The position numbers and the translations under genes are program-made. This document shows positions 63,586 to 64,000 of a stretch of 64,000 nt of DNA, piece by piece. Source of the DNA: a virus; IMG/VR virus record IMGVR_UViG_3300028392_000030, positions 32,001 through 96,000 of that record. One strand, written 5' to 3'. Each line of letters starts with the position of its first letter. Position 1 is the stretch's first letter. The notes under the pieces were generated by a model. The model made no database searches. It saw only the letters and a program-made list of their open reading frames with translations, and was not told the DNA's origin.

Positions 63586-64000
63586 ACGCTAATAAAGGGT
63601 TGATAATTTCTTCTTGTATGCGTTGACAAACTAATGTGCTGTCAAAAAATCTAGCACGATTGTGTTCAATACGTTCCAAAGTTTCAGCTGTATACGGTTC
63701 TTGTGCAAACTCACGCAAATTCTGTTGTATCTTTAGTAAACGATCGGCACCGGCCAATAGGTCATACGATTCATCAAACATGTTATTGTAAGTTACGAAT
63801 CCCTGCGCTTGTATATACTGCAAGGTACCAGGTGCACCTTGTATCTGAAATGGGTGTTGAAAGGCCATGGGTTTAAATGACTTTTCAGTTACAAATGGTA
63901 TGCCGCTGGCCGGCAATTCTTCTGTTGTTTCGACCACTAGACTAAAATAAGTTGAGTTGTACCAGTCTGGACAAAAATATCTTTGCCAATGTATATGATT
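63569..64000 (-). CDS. Glycosyltransferase-like protein (TEKS.KP family), 5'-truncated by the window edge
   Basis: Frame open to 64000; FSLVVET, VTEKSFKP, FDESYD. Confidence 0.6.
   Translation of the reverse strand, partial: NHIHWQRYFCPDWYNSTYFSLVVETTEELPASGIPFVTEKSFKPMAFQHPFQIQGAPGTLQYIQAQGFVTYNNMFDESYDLLAGADRLLKIQQNLREFAQEPYTAETLERIEHNRARFFDSTLVCQRIQEEIINPLLAYAETR

Noticed and set aside
1-64000. Genome-wide stop-codon reassignment
   Set aside because: Known proteins are full length in the standard code, all three stops terminate genes, and no suppressor tRNA is present
1-64000. Prophage or integrase-mediated island at the tRNA genes
   Set aside because: No integrase, att-like duplication or host housekeeping operons; the whole window has a uniform phage-like organisation

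Overview
This window looks like an accessory, metabolic and translation-related segment of a large lytic tailed phage. The host is probably a proteobacterium; Bug/TTT, Csp, RpoZ-like and permuted-tmRNA genes suggest Betaproteobacteria (inference). No virion structural genes are recognisable here. Genes are dense and mostly on the + strand. They are driven by sigma70-type promoters (TTGACN-N17-TATAAT) and a recurrent TAAATA late-type motif, and many appear leaderless. RNA content: 14 tRNAs, including a rare Ser(ACT) and an atypical initiator Met; a circularly permuted two-piece tmRNA with a 29-residue non-canonical tag, preceded by an HNH cassette and a broken relic of a second tmRNA acceptor piece; a ~400-nt highly structured GOLLD-like RNA between tRNA-Asp and tRNA-Tyr; a preQ1-I-like pseudoknot before queD; a leader-peptide/terminator module; and a hairpin-array leader with a 50-nt tandem repeat. 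Protein content: QueD, QueE, NadE, ThyX, a T4-type RNase H/5'-3' exonuclease, Csp, MoxR ATPase plus VWA protein, a Z1-like helicase, nucleotide-sugar enzymes, three amidinotransferases, DegT, a carbamoyltransferase, three radical SAM enzymes and four Fe(II)/2OG-like oxygenases with FeoA and a Bug protein. There are also expanded SGNH-like and glycosyltransferase-like families. All calls come from motif recognition by eye; no database searches were run.
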